DNA of 61,379 nucleotides, filler included, from Hausera hauseri (lineage: Eukaryota): assembly GCA_046269625.1 (NCBI GenBank). It is 11 parts of 11 records of this genome, joined end to end, with 100 filler letters (N's around TTAATTAATTAA, not from the genome) between each part and the next. Parts side by side here need not be neighbours in the genome. Positions count along the whole stretch, not along the records: positions 23,394 to 28,541 come from JBJURY010322162.1; positions 28,642 to 33,519 come from JBJURY010405923.1; positions 33,620 to 40,045 come from JBJURY010101987.1; 8 more parts are not named here. One strand, given 5' to 3'. The notes under the pieces were generated by a model, which was given only the letters and a program-made list of their open reading frames with translations, was not told the DNA's origin and made no database searches. The position numbers and the translations under genes were made by a program. Each line of letters opens with the position of its first letter. The stretch's first letter is position 1. Of the stretch, positions 24,530-38,320 are shown in pieces.

Positions 24530-27500
24530 ATTTGATTCGTTCTTTCGGCCTCCAACATCTGCAGTTGTCAAGTTACTTAATATATTATCGAGTTTACTAC
24601 TGCTTCGTTTGTCTTCTTCCGTATCACATAGCCCTGACCAATTTACTTCGCAGGGCAATCTTCTCGCAGCTTTTCGTGCTAAGCTTATAGCTTTATTGAT
24701 TTCATTCTGCCGATTAGGATTTATTTTGATGGCTAAGTATAGTAATACTTTTCTCAATTCTTCTTTAGTGTTTTCTACAATGATCTTTTCTATTATCGAC
24801 TCGTCGGTTAAGTTACTGTTTGATAATTTGAAACGCGAACTTCTCATCATTTTGGCTGCATCAAAAATTATTTTTTCTTTATCCTCTAACACATCACCTC
24901 GAAGGCTTGAATAATTTACAATTCCTATTAAATTCTTCATTATCTCGTTTAATTCTTCATTATCTGTACTAAAGGTCGGAATTGACATTTGCTTAATTCT
25001 CTAATCAATTCTCTGTTATAATCTTCTTCTTCTCGCGTTTTCGTGGGCTTACCTACTAGACGTTTCGGTTTTTGGCCTCTGGAAGTCATTTCACTCAGTG
25101 GTATTAAATTTATATCATATTGTTCCTTATCTTAGTCCGTTTGTAAGTACTCAAAATTCATTGCAGTATCTTGAAATCCCATAACTTGTCCTACGCATTT
25201 TTCTGACTTGGCCTTACGCGTAGCTTCCTCTCTGGTTTGTTCGTTAGTTACTACTACCACTACCCGGTTCGTTTCGCCAATAATGATCCCGACATCTATT
25301 AACTGCTATAGGTCATCGAGTATTCTGCCCCTAAAGTAGAATCTATAGTTTAGCTCATTTGTTCCACCATTATTTAACAACCATTCTTGCGCGTCTCTTA
25401 CATATGAATATGTAGTTAACTCACATTCTTTTTCATCCATCCATTCGGATGATACCATTACTTTCATAGCTAACTAAGGTTTATTCCTTAAAATTTTAGC
25501 ATATTTCCTTACCAAAGGTTTCGTCACCGTGCTATAAATCGTGTTCTCACTGGATAATTTAGTTAAAGTTGGAATAAGTTGTCTTAATTTATTTTCAATA
25601 ATATTTACGTTAATTAATTCAATCAAATCCTTTTCAGTTAGCGCTGAATCCAGTAGCATCTCCACATCGAATCTTCTGTTCTGTGGGCACGTTTCTATCT
25701 CATTCAATTGTATTGGAGTCATGGGCTTTTCGGTCAGTATTGCATCGAAGTATGCATCCCATTCCGGCTCGTTTCCGACATCTAGAAGTCCAACGTCTAT
25801 CGCAATTGTTTTTGCTCTCTGTACATTTTTCCGAATTTCTTTCAACCTGGGTTGTATTTCCTTCATCTGCGTAGTTCGGAAACCTACTCCATTCCCACAA
25901 GCACATTGAGTCATTTTCAGTAATTCTCCGAATTCGTTAGAGTCGATGAGTTTCTTTTTGGGGATAATCTGTTAATTCAATGATTACATATTTTTGCCAT
26001 CTCTGTACAAATTCTCGTTTATTCTTGATTTCTGACTCGGTAAAAGCATATTTGTTTCGATAGATTTCGAGCTCTTTTGTTATTTCATTTAACATTGTCG
26101 CTCTTTGTTTCGTTTTGATACATGTTTCTTCTACTTTCTGTATCTTTGGCATCAATTGCCTCATTTGCTCATCACTGATTTTTGCCAACTGATTTTGCTA
26201 ACTCATACATCCCATTTATAACCTTTAAGTCAGGGTCCATTGCATCCGACAATTTCTTTACGAACTTGTGTTCCAGAAAACTAAAATGCAGATCGTCTCT
26301 GATTTTTGTCAACTTGGTATGGAAATTCTGATCTAATTCGGCCATCCATTCTCGTGGTTTGTGTAAGAATTTTATTGCGTCCGTTAACGTATCTCGATGT
26401 CCTGGACAAATGTCCAAGATTTCAATGTCTTGGGCAGAGATTTCGTCGATCGGTTTTCCCGTTAAATATTGGACTCCTTCTAGTCGAACAACCCTTAACC
26501 TTGAGTTCACATCGTAAATCATATTTTGCTTTTCCGTAAAGTTCGTCTCCTCAATCAGTTTGTAGATCTCCTCCAATATCAACGCTTCTAGTTCCTTTTC
26601 CATAAATTTTAGTCGTCGTAACGCTTCAAATTGAGTACGGATGTCTATTCCTATTCGCATTGTGCCTAAATCATATGCACTTTCTTCTAATTGCTTCTTT
26701 ACTATTGGCTCGCTTTGCGGAAATTCCTTTTTCCGGTCTTATACTAATCTACTTAATCGCGTTACTAATTCGGACCATTCCTACAATTGATTTGCGATAA
26801 TTGTCTTGGCTAGTATAGCCTTATCTAGCATCTTATATGTATCCTTTAACTCATCGTCTGGTCCTCTTAGGAAGTTCATAATCCGGCCGACATAACTAAA
26901 CTCGTCCTTGTACTCGTCCAACTCTGTGATACAAGCTTTTGTTATATATTGAGTCTCCTCGCTATTTGGGGACATGATTCGGTTCCTCAAGCTATAAATC
27001 TGTGCTCGCTTTTCATTTTCTATCTTAATTCAATTTTCTAGGCTTGTATATTGTTTAGGCGTAGCAAATGCGATTTTTATCATCTCCGTCAAGGGAGAAA
27101 TATCCAACGAGTTTATACCCAATATTTCTAAATCGATCTTACTGCGATGGTTAACCGGTTTTTCCCTAATCCGGTTAATCACTAAGTGACGAATTTCATC
27201 CATCATACGTTCTAAGTTTCGGACCACTCTCTACAATTTCGGCTTTGCCTCTAGAGCAGACAATAGCGTCTGAGCCTTGGTGACTTTTACGTCGACTCTA
27301 TCTTCATTTTTATTCCACCCTTTCGAAAATTCTACTCCGCTTTTAATCCAGGATTCTAATTCCTGCTTCCGTTTTAACAACGTTTCGGTCGATATTTCTT
27401 CTGGCTGTTCTAGGTCGATTGCTTCTGCGAGCTTACCTTCACTGTATAGTTTTCGGCTCTTATATAATCTCTCCGCATACTGTTGTTCTTTTCCGGATAT

Positions 27501-28541
27501 ATCTACTTGTTCACTGATTTGCTTGAGCCGTTCTAAATTCCGTTGCAATACTTCCGGATTATGACATCTAATTCTCATTTTCTTTAACTCATCGGCGTTT
27601 TTCCACGAACGCCGGACTTTCCACTTTTTTGGATCGAAATCCTTAGTATTCTCTGTTTCTTCGTCACTAATGGGAAGCGGACAAATCTCGTTGATTTCAT
27701 TAATTGACTCTATAGACTCCGGTACTCCGACAGGTGTGGGTGAACCAATCTCCGGTTTATTCAAACTATGATCCAGGTTACTTTCTACAACGATGTTCGG
27801 ATTTTCTTTTTCTTCAACTTTCTCTCTAGTTATTTTGGAGCGTGAACGACTTCTACCTCTCGTTTCTAAAGAAGGGCTACGGCCTTTATATTTCGTAATT
27901 TTAAGTATTAATGGTACCATAAATTCTTTTTCTGCTGCGTCGTCATCCGTGGACTTCTCTACTCTTTCAACTGTGAACTCAGGCTCTACATATAAGTCGA
28001 CTTCTGTCGATGTGCCTGGTTTCTCAATTGGTTTATTACTTATCGGAACACTCTTTTTCTATGTCATATCGCTTCGTTTTTGTGCAATCGGGTTCTACTG
28101 AACCGTGGTATACTTTTAGTAGTCTTAGTTTATCTTTGTACTCTTTTTTAGCCGCCAGAATTTGTGGATTATTGGATTCGGGCTGAGCGTCTAGGTATTT
28201 CCGCAAGTCTTGTATATCAATTATAGTGCCCGTACCTCCAAGAAGGCCATACTTTGCTTCTAAGTTTTCGTCCATTCTGATCATACTGGTCTTATTTGGC
28301 TCAGTGAATGAAACACTACGTGGGTTTGGATATGATCTTAAAATGTGTCCTTCTTTTCCTCAAGTAAAACAAACTAAGTTTTCATTTCTACTGACTCTTT
28401 GTCGACCGTCTTCGTTCACCGGTGACTTAGATTTATTTATATTTTTATTAAATTGGTTTGAAAAGCTTTGAACATTATCTATATTTCTTAGATTATCATT
28501 ATTTCGGTTATCGCCGTTCTGGTTTGAGTAATTCGAGCCTT
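23394..28541 (-). mobile_element. Degenerate env-bearing retroelement, copy 1: gag knuckle remnant, long insert, chuvirus-type glycoprotein
   Basis: Broken knuckle LVCFT*GKEGH near 28340-28380, followed by collinear ORF pieces homologous to 28642-31600 and ending in the glycoprotein. Confidence 0.75.
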
Positions 28542-28641
28542 NNNNNNNNNNNNNNNNNNNNNNNNNNNNNNNNNNNNNNNNNNNNTTAATTAATTAANNN
28601 NNNNNNNNNNNNNNNNNNNNNNNNNNNNNNNNNNNNNNNNN

Positions 28642-31600
28642 AATTAAAGAGAATAAGAATTAATTGCCTCGATCCGGAAGTATTACAACTTAAGAAAATG
28701 AGTGAACAAGTAGACATTTTTGGTAAAGAACAGCAGTTTGTGAAAAGATTATACAAAAGATTGAAATTATGTAGTGAAGGGAAACTCACTGATGCAATAG
28801 ACTTAGAAAAACCTGAAGAAGTATCATTAGAAACGTTAGAAAAAAGGAAACACGAGGTAGAAATATGGATAAAAAATGGAATCAAATTTCCAGAAGCCTG
28901 GGACAAATACACGGAGGATATCGGAGCAAGAGTAGAAAAAAACGCAGACATCACGGACTACATTAAAAGCCAATCCTAGATTAAAAAGAGTAACACGCAA
29001 CTTAGAGTGCGTCATGAATGGAATTAGATTTGAAATGATTGAACGACTCAAAGAAAAACCGGTTAATGAACGAAAAGAAATTGATTTAGAAATATTGAGC
29101 ATAGACCAAGTAGATATTTTTCCCTTAATAGAAATGATAAAAATCGTTTCCTCTGTGCCTAAACAATATGGGAACTTAGAAAATCGTATTAAGATTGGAA
29201 GCGAGAAACGGTCGCAAATTTACAGTTTTAGAAACAGAATTATGCACATGAATAAGGAGGAAACACAGAATATAATCAAGGACTGTACCATTGAATTTGA
29301 TGAGTATGAGGATGAATTCAATTGTGTCAATCAGATTATGAGTTTTATCAGAGGTCCTGATGACAAATTAGAAGACGCATACAAAACGCTAGACAAACCA
29401 ATACTAGTAAAACATGTAATAGTTAATCAGCTAAATGAATGGTCCAGATTAATATCCAGACTAAGTAAATTAGTGCATAGCAGTATAAAGGAATTTCCAG
29501 AAAGCGAGCCTACAGTAAAGAAACAACTAGAAGAAAGTGCATGGAACTTGGATACAATAAGAGTGGAAATAGATATCTGGACTCAACTTGATGCATTGTG
29601 CCAATTGAAGTTCATGAAACGAAAGCAAGGAACGACGATATTGGAAGAGATATACAAAACTATTGAAAAAACGAGCTTCACAGAAAAGCGGAATATGACT
29701 TGCAATTTCTATCCAAGATTAAGAAACGTCAGCCTAGAAGGAATTCAACATTTGACAGCTAAACCTATTGGAGTGGTCTCGATTCAGGATCTCGAAACTT
29801 TATATGTTTGTCCAAAACATAGAACAGCTATAGGGAAAGCAATGAAATTTATACCAAATCACAAGAGTGGATGACCGGAACAGATCAAAATTTCCACACC
29901 AAATGATCAAATAAGAAACGACCATCATCTCAATTTTGGGAAGCTAAATTTGTAAAGACATTGCTCGATGTGATAAATCCAGACTCAAAAATCCTTAATG
30001 ATATGTCAGAGTTAGCACTGCTAATAGTAGAAATGTCAGAAATTAGTAAAGAGAAGAAAAGACAGTTGATGCCTCAAATACGTCAAGCCGAAGAAATGTG
30101 CATTAGATCCAAATAAAGAGCGTAGGGTTGGACGAACTAACCAGAGCTCGAAATCTATAGAATGTGGGATACTATTACAGAGTCAGAAATGGCTGACAAG
30201 TCACGATTTGTGCAAAGTTGGCAAAGAGACGTAGCGTCTGAATTAACTAATTATCAAGAAAAAGGATTGATACAGGCCGATAAATTATGCCAGTTGCTAA
30301 CATTATTGCATCAGACCTCCGGAAATGGACGTTGTTTCCGAACAGCACAAATGGTTAAAATGAAACAAAAATTATGCGAACTAAGAGAATTGATATGTGA
30401 TACAAACGCAGTCCGACCAGCGGACATGCCAGTGATTGATTATAGACCGCCAGATAATGAAAATGATCCAGAATTGGATGTGTACTTAGATGCAATGGTT
30501 GCCGAGAATCCGAAAATTCCTGTACATTTGTACGAAACTGAGACGTGCCCACAGGATCGGTGATTCAGTATGGAGATGCTTTTAGATTCAGCGCAGACTG
30601 AAAAAGTCTTAATTAAATTAATTAATGTAAACATTAACGAAGTTAAGTTATGACAGTTAGTTCTTACCATGCCTAAATTATCTAGTGAAAGTACCATTTA
30701 TAGTGCCGTGCCGAAACATTTAATAAAGGAATATGCTAAAATCTTAAGGGCTAAGTCTGAAGAAACGATTAAAGTAAGGGTATCGTCAGACTGGATGGAC
30801 GAAAAGAGTGCGAGTTCACTACGCACTCCTATGTAAGTCACGTAATACAGTGGCTAATAAGCAATGGTTGCGGATATGAATGGAATTATAGACTCTTTCA
30901 GAGGTAGAATATTAGACGAACTGTACCAATTAATAGACGCTGGGATCCTCCCAGACGAAAAAAATCGTATAATGGCAATGGTCGCCACTGAGGAAACGAA
31001 AGAAACCACGCGAAAGGCTAAAGCTAATTAGTGTATAGAGCGAATTATGGAAGTTCGAGACGCAGCAATGTATTTCGAATACTTGCAAACAGGTGAAGAT
31101 AAAGAACTGTATTATAAGAATTTAATACCCCTTAGCGAAGCCATATCGGTTATGGCAAAACAGAAGCATCCTGTCGATAGACCACGGAAAATGCGAGCAG
31201 GAATTGATTATAATGGAGATCTGGTTAGAGAATTAAGACAAATGTCTATACTTACCTTCAGAGCTGAGAATAAGGTGTTAAATGAACTCATGAAAAATTT
31301 GATACGCATAGTAAATCATTCTAGTCCCCGTGGCAATATAATAGATGAGAAAGTAAAAGCTATATATAATGCAGCCAGAATAATGAGAAATTTCAGTTTT
31401 AGAGATGTACTTATTAATATTGAAGAAAAGAGATGCATACAATAACTTCCGGTATTATATCAAAAAGCACTCTAACAGATCAGATAATGATCGAGAAACT
31501 TATGGTAGAAAATACCATGGAAGAGTTACGAAAAGCCCTCCTCTATCAATAGTAATAGTAGACTCGAAGATATGGTACGAAATTTAACCGGAAATAATCG

Positions 31601-33519
31601 AGGAAACGAATTAAACTGGCCTTAATATATACCAATCCTGAGCTAGCATAGCAGATAATTCCAATAAAGGAAGGAGTTTTTGACCAAGTAACCGGAGAAG
31701 TTTTATTGACTTATGAATGCGAGAAAAGCGATGTCCTTATTAATATTGAAAAAAGAGATGCATACAACAACTTTCGATATTATATCAAGATATGCCGAGA
31801 TTAGTGACGCCGATTACTAGTTTTACTGGCCAACTCAACTCAACCAACAATTCTGAAGGATTGTAAAACGAGTTTAGGTGAACCAATGCTTTGACGTGGC
31901 GAAACGGATTGGATAAGTTTACCAAATTGAGGTATAATCACTCTACTCATTAAGCGAACCGGAACAAATTTAGTAAAAGGAACAACCGATGTTAAATTTC
32001 AAGACACCGCAGCCAAAGGTGTTTGCATGCCAAAAGAAGTTGAAGCATTTAGACAATTTCTTGCTTTTCCACATCATCGTACACATAAACTAAACCGGGC
32101 TATGCATACGATATTAGAAGTTACACTTTATCAAGTGAAATGAAAATCAATACTTGGCGTTAACATTATCAAAGAGTAACCACAGATATCTTATATAAAA
32201 TTTGCGGAAGACTTTTAATTTTTGGACAATCCGCATAATGATTTTTAGCAGTCTAGTTCTTAATCCAACTATTTAAATCAGTAATTCAAGCGATTATAAA
32301 CTGTTATGAGATATTCACCCTAACAGGATTCTCGTGAAAATTATTAACAGCTATTATCACACCATTTGGCAAATTCCTAAAAGCTGTCGAAGAAAGCCGA
32401 TGGAAGGCAGATGTTAAACGACATGTTGGCTATCATAATCGGAAACGTAAAAGAAGACACATATGCAATTACAAACGCAAATTCGTAAATATCAAACCGA
32501 GAAGAGAAAACTCTGATGATGACGACTAGCCTAAGGGAGGAGACGCCGTCTCCAAGACAAATAGACACAAAACCTATTCCGTTACAAAAGCACCGTTACC
32601 AATATTACCGCCAACTGCATCTATATATAAATATTGTGAGAAGCAATCTATGAGTTAATATCAAACGGATATCTATACAAAACCGTAGAAAATATCTATA
32701 GAAAGCCATATAAAGAAACAAAACATTACGATGTGTTACGTAAAATGCACAAAACTAAATGAACCTCTGCCTCATATCGTCGTTCAGCAGTTGACGACCA
32801 TGAAACATTTTATTCCCTTAGAATACCCAGGATGAAAGAGGCACGCCCAACACTTTCAAGAGACCACGAAATGCATGTGTTTAGAAACCAAGAAATGCAG
32901 TAACCAGTTAGAAGCCAACAAACGGAAATTGTCCATTGCGCGAGCAATGAACTGTATCCAAATGGAAAGCTAATGTAATTAATCGACCAGACAGTGGCAA
33001 TCACAGAAGTCAGAATTAATGAGTATAAGGTATCAACGATTCAACATCGAAAAATAGCACCGAATTGCTATCGCACGATAATCGAAGGTAGACCCTTCAC
33101 TAAAATTCAGTTAGAAGATTGGGAAGTCTACGCATTGGTAGACACAAGATCCGAAATATCGTTTATAAAGCTTGACTCAATACCTCAGTTTCTATGGAAA
33201 CAACTATATGTACCTCCAAGAACAGATCCAGGAAGTATTGGAGCTTTTGGACAATCATCAAAAAGTAAATATAGATGGAATCCAGAAATTCACATAATGG
33301 GGCAATCGTTTCGCAATGAATTCTTGGTAATGGAACAGTTAACGTATGACGTAGTATTAGAATGTGATCTGTTGAAACAACTACCAAATGTAGCCATAGA
33401 CTTCCATGCGGGAAAATTAATAGAACTCCGTCCGATAAAATGAATTAAAACTATTAAAGGTAGGAAATTTGGAGAAGAATGGATCCCAATGGGCGAAAAC
33501 ATCACACATAGAAGTGAAA
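28642..33519 (+). mobile_element. Env-bearing retroelement, copy 2 (more decayed; env N-half deleted), followed by aspartic protease
   Basis: Collinear with copy 1 (GKEQQFVKRLYK, FIRGPDDKL, ETCPQDR). Env remnant NPELA...VTGEVLLTYEC near 31630-31720, hydrophobic TM-like region near 32210-32370, protease VYALVDTRSEISFI near 33126-33165. Confidence 0.78.
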
Positions 33520-33779
33520 NNNNNNNNNNNNNNNNNNNNNNNNNNNNNNNNNNNNNNNNNNNNTTAATTAATTAANNNNNNNNNNNNNNNNNNNNNNNNN
33601 NNNNNNNNNNNNNNNNNNNTGGAAATAATATTCTTAAATGTAGGTTATACATTCATAGTTGTCAAGTCAGTAAAATAAAGTAATTTTGTCAATTTAAATT
33701 CATGAACGATCACAAATCAAGTTATGAATGTCAGTAATATCACCAACTTGTGTAACAAAGTAAACGTTACAGAATCACA

Positions 33780-34665
33780 GTAGCAAAAATTTAACGCTGT
33801 TGTTTCAAAATATATTGCAAAACATCTACGACCATTGTCTACGACTGAATCCACATTATTCAGTGAAATGATTTCAGCTAATAATTCCAGTATGAAGACA
33901 CCTGGTCGCAAAGCAATAAAAACTATCTTTCTTCAACAAAAAGATTATGTTCGTTACATAATTCTAAATGATATCAGTCTTGTTACTAAATTGTCCATTA
34001 CTAGTGATATCTGGACATACATTAATCCGTAACTGCTCATCTTATTAATGAAGAATGACAAATGAAATCCTATCTACTGGCAACCACAGAATTTTCAGAG
34101 TCCCATAGCGAATTTAATATTGCACAAAAGCTAAATTCAATATTTTCTGAGTGGAATATAAATGACAGCCGAATTACTGTTGCAGTAACTGACAGTGCTC
34201 GTAATATGAAAGTTTTAGTTACTGAGTTTAAATTGATTAAACAAGCATGTTTCGCACACTCACTACAGTTATATTTGAGGAAAGGATTACATATTGTTAG
34301 TGAAGTATTGAGCGCTGAACGCTATATATATTCATCATTTGTGCTGCCGTGCGTTCAACAGCTGCTCGATGAAACTGACTCACAAAATAAATACGAGTAG
34401 TATTTTGACTTATGTATGCCTTCAAATATACGAAGATATCAAGCAGCGTTTTCCTATTGACAATCTGCTTTACTCACCTATGGCATTTGCAACATTATTG
34501 GATCTCCGATTCAAAAGCCTCTCTTTCCTTACTAATGTACAAAAAGATATCTTGATTTTCCGTTTTAAAATTGAGTTAATTAGACGTTTACATCAAGATG
34601 GTTTGAAAATAAACTTCAACCTATGGTTACAAAAACGCCTATTGTACGAATTCGTCACATATTAA
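33780..34665 (+). mobile_element. hAT (Ac-like) transposase remnant
   Basis: LSITSDIWT, SHSEFNIAQKL...EWNI...VTDSARNM, CFAHSLQL, ATLLDLRFK; frameshifts and an internal deletion. Confidence 0.85.
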
Positions 34666-35403
34666 CGAACATAGTCATAAGAAGTGCAAATTTAGCGCAA
34701 TGAATGAGTTAATATCTAAATTGTATCCTAATATAACAATAATAGATACTCAGTCAGCTTCACCAATTGCAACACGAAGTTTTACGGAACCAGGAACAGT
34801 TGAACTACTAACTTTCCTACAATATAATGAATGGTGATTAATAACGAAATAAAATTAATTGTTAAAATCAATTATGAGGCGAATCAAATTTCACTATTGA
34901 GTTTAAGGTTATTTAGTTGATATAATAAAACAAAATCATGTTACAAAGTAAGGTCAAGACGCGTTTCGGAATTACTGAGGTAAATTTGTTGTCATTAGCA
35001 ATCAAAAAAGCTTTAATTATTTTTTGTTATTTTATTTAGTATTACATAACTATCATTACGTGACTATTTCTGACAAGCGAGATTCAACGGTTCTCATTTT
35101 ACCATTTTGGACAGCCCTGGAAAATTTCTCTTTAAATTACTTTAAATCTACTTTCAATTTGTACTCAAAGGGTCAGTCGTTTAATACAAAAATTAAGCGG
35201 GTATATTCCACCTTTTATGTACAAATCGAAACATTTTTCAATCACTTTTCCATATGGGAATCTTTATCATTTGAACTCTAGCAAATTCAATCCCATTTTA
35301 GAATTCGAAAAATCATTCGTTTTTCTTCACTAAAGAATTCCCGTAATGCGTTTTTTCACAGCTTTAGCTTAACTTTTAAATTTGAAATATGTAGCCTTTA
35401 TTA

Positions 35404-36740
35404 CAGCTATGGCCAAAAGTCTGGTAACTGTCAACAAAATGCATCTAATATCAAACATGGAGATAATAGCAATAATACAAACGGCAAATTAATTTTTTTA
35501 CTGTGTGGGTGTAAAAATACTTTGTGTTCTATATTTACCAACCTTAACCAATCAAAATTCTGCCAATTCTGCCTGCGATTTCTTACATTATGCTTGTCAG
35601 TCTGATAATTTGCTATGGAGCTGTCTACTAATTTAAGAAGTCAAGTCGTTTTGCTACATCAATCTGGTATGGTGCAAGTGTGTATAGCTGAAATGCTTGG
35701 TCTCACTAAGCGTGTGATATCATCTACACTGAAGAGGCACCGTGAAACGGGTGATGTTGCAACGAAGCCGAGAAGTGGCTGACCACGTGTCATTACACCA
35801 ACGACAGATTTCATTATTCGACGCCGGAGCATTATCAACCCAACCACACTATCAAGAAAAATTGCTGCTGAATTCCAAGTCAGTTCTCGTACCATTAGAC
35901 ATCGTCTACGTGACGAATTTGGACTGAAAAGTTATCAACCGGCAAAGAAACCGAAGCTCAGCGCCATAAATGTTCACGATCGTCTTGAATTCTGCATGGC
36001 TCACAGACACTGGACACCACAAATGTGGGAAACTGTATTGTTCAGTGATGAGACGCAAATGTTACAGTTTGTTAACGCGGGCCACACATGGGTTAGACGT
36101 CCCGTTGGTGCGCGGTATGATGCTAAATACGTTGTTCCCACTGTAAAGCACTCTATGTGTTATGATCTGGGGTCGTATTGCTGCTTCAGCTGGAGGTTAT
36201 CTGTGTTTTCTACCAAAGAACACGACAATGAAAGACACAAACTATTTAGAAATTCTTCAGGAGTATTTGCGGCCCATGATGACTTGTCGTAATGCTACTA
36301 TCTTCATGCACGATGGAGCTACGTGGCACCAAGCCAAGATGGCCAAAAAGTGGCTTGCGGATTCTGGGGTTGAGGTATTGGCTCCGTGGCCTGGAAATAG
36401 CCCGGACCTCAACCATATTGCGAATCTGTGGCACATTTAGAAAGTTAAAGTTGCTGCCCATCATCCAAGTAGCTTACAACACCTAATCGACGTAATAAGA
36501 CAAGTATGGTGCAAGGAAGTGTCCGTGGAAGTATGCCTAAAGCTGGTGCATAGCATGCCGAACAGAATCAACGAAGTAATAAAAAAGGGTCAGCGCACTA
36601 AATACTGACAATTAACTATACTTTGTGTAATTCTCATCATTTTTCATTTGTATAATTATCTTGGTATGTTTGATATTAAATGCAATTTCTCATAAAAATG
36701 TCTATTTTTTCAAAAGTTACCAAAATTTTGCCCACAGCTG
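35404..36740 (+). mobile_element. Full-length degenerate Tc1-like transposon (1337 bp) with 26-bp imperfect TIRs and TA flanks
   Basis: Left CAGCTATGGCCAAAAGTCTGGTAACT; right (reverse complement) CAGCTGTGGGCAAAATTTTGGTAACT. Motifs VLFSDET, FMHDGA, WPGNSPDLNHIANLW. Confidence 0.93.
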
Positions 36741-37959
36741 TAGTGTAATTTTCTTAGTGGGAAAATTACTTTATTGGTTATCTTTTGTATGGCTGTATTT
36801 TATTAATGAGGTTGACTGTTTGAGAGAAGATAAATTAAGGCTAATGAATGGTAATTGTTCATTGCTGGGCATTATTTCCCGGGAAATTCAGTCATTGTAT
36901 AAATGGATCTCGTTGAACAATTCAAAGCAATTGATTATGACTGACTGATTGAAGATATTCACGGATTTCAAGCAAATGAGATTCTAATTAACCCACTAGA
37001 CAGTCTCAGCTCAAAATACAAATTCAGAATGTTCTTTTTTTCTGTTGTCAGGGCATTTTCGTCATCCTACAAAATGAGTGTCCGAAATAAATAGATTACC
37101 AGCATTTCGCACTTGTTCATGTTTCCCCTACTTAGCTCAATAAAACTAACAAAAATTTTATCAAAGTTCAAAATTCTCAAACTTTGTGGGGAAATTTGAA
37201 CATGTCTGCGATTTCGTTAGTTTGACTTCATTTACAAAAAGTATTTTCATATTATTTATCATATTTTATACATAAATTCGATTCAATGCCACTGGTGCTT
37301 CTTAACGTTACATAGGGTAACGTATGTTCATTTCGTGATTATTTTTCAACTATTTTAGCAAAAGTAAAATCTAATGATCCGGAAATCGGTGGAAGGAGAA
37401 TTAAGTGGGCTGAGAAATACGTGATAAATATCCCGGAATCTTGGTACTTAAATATGGTGCTTAGATAATGATGGTGATGCTTTTTTGGATTAATGTTCTT
37501 TGAAATGGCAAATCCTTCTCCTCGACTTTCGTTTCTCTTCTCGTGTCGATGACTCTGAGAATGCCAGTAGTTCATAATACTAAAGTTATCTTTTCATAAT
37601 TGCTTCTATTTGAGAAAAATCAATAAATGAACAAGATTATATTACGTAAATTTAATGAAAGTATGAAAATACGTTTACTCTAAAAATTATACAAAAACCC
37701 AAAAGATAACTTACAATTATTGTAATAGTACATGAACGTGTATGAATCAGGATAATGTTAGTACTGTATTGTGACAATCACATACATGGCTATATATAAT
37801 ATTCCTGTATTGATACAATTTTCAGGAAAAATAAAAATGCATTAAGGAGTACAGAAAAATAAGAAAGCAATTTAAAATTGCAGTAGGATAAATAAAAATC
37901 AATTTAAAATCACTGCAAGGTTTGTTTGTCAAATTGAATTAATTTATCATTGTTTATTT

Positions 37960-38320
37960 TGTTAATCGTTTCTGAGCAACTATACCATCATTTTATGAAC
38001 TTAATTTTTTCAAACTATCGATATTGTTAACTAATAATGGATTGTCAAAATATGCTGTTTTGCCTACACCTGATGGTCCGATAAATACGTATGTTATAGT
38101 TTCGCTGTGTCCTAACTTTTCCCAACTATAACAATAATTTACACTTGAATTTATATGATACTTCTGCAGGAACGGTTTAACGATGTTGTTAAACTGCTTA
38201 GGCTCCGAATTTATTGCGTGCATGTACTTATTGCGTTATTCTGTGGGGTTTAATAATTCCGACTATTTATATAATTTACTCTTGATTTTACTTTCTTAAG
38301 GTAGTCAAATCCCCCTTAAT
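37960..38320 (-). pseudogene. Possible endogenous CRESS-DNA virus Rep (SF3 helicase) fragment
   Basis: Walker A FIGPSGVGKT, then YFDNPLLVNNIDSLKKL and, past a stop, NDGIV (Walker B-like). DYLKK upstream resembles RCR motif III. Confidence 0.5.

Noticed and set aside
28541-28642. Large inverted repeat formed by the two env-element copies
   Set aside because: They are separate contigs, so their relative orientation and adjacency are arbitrary.
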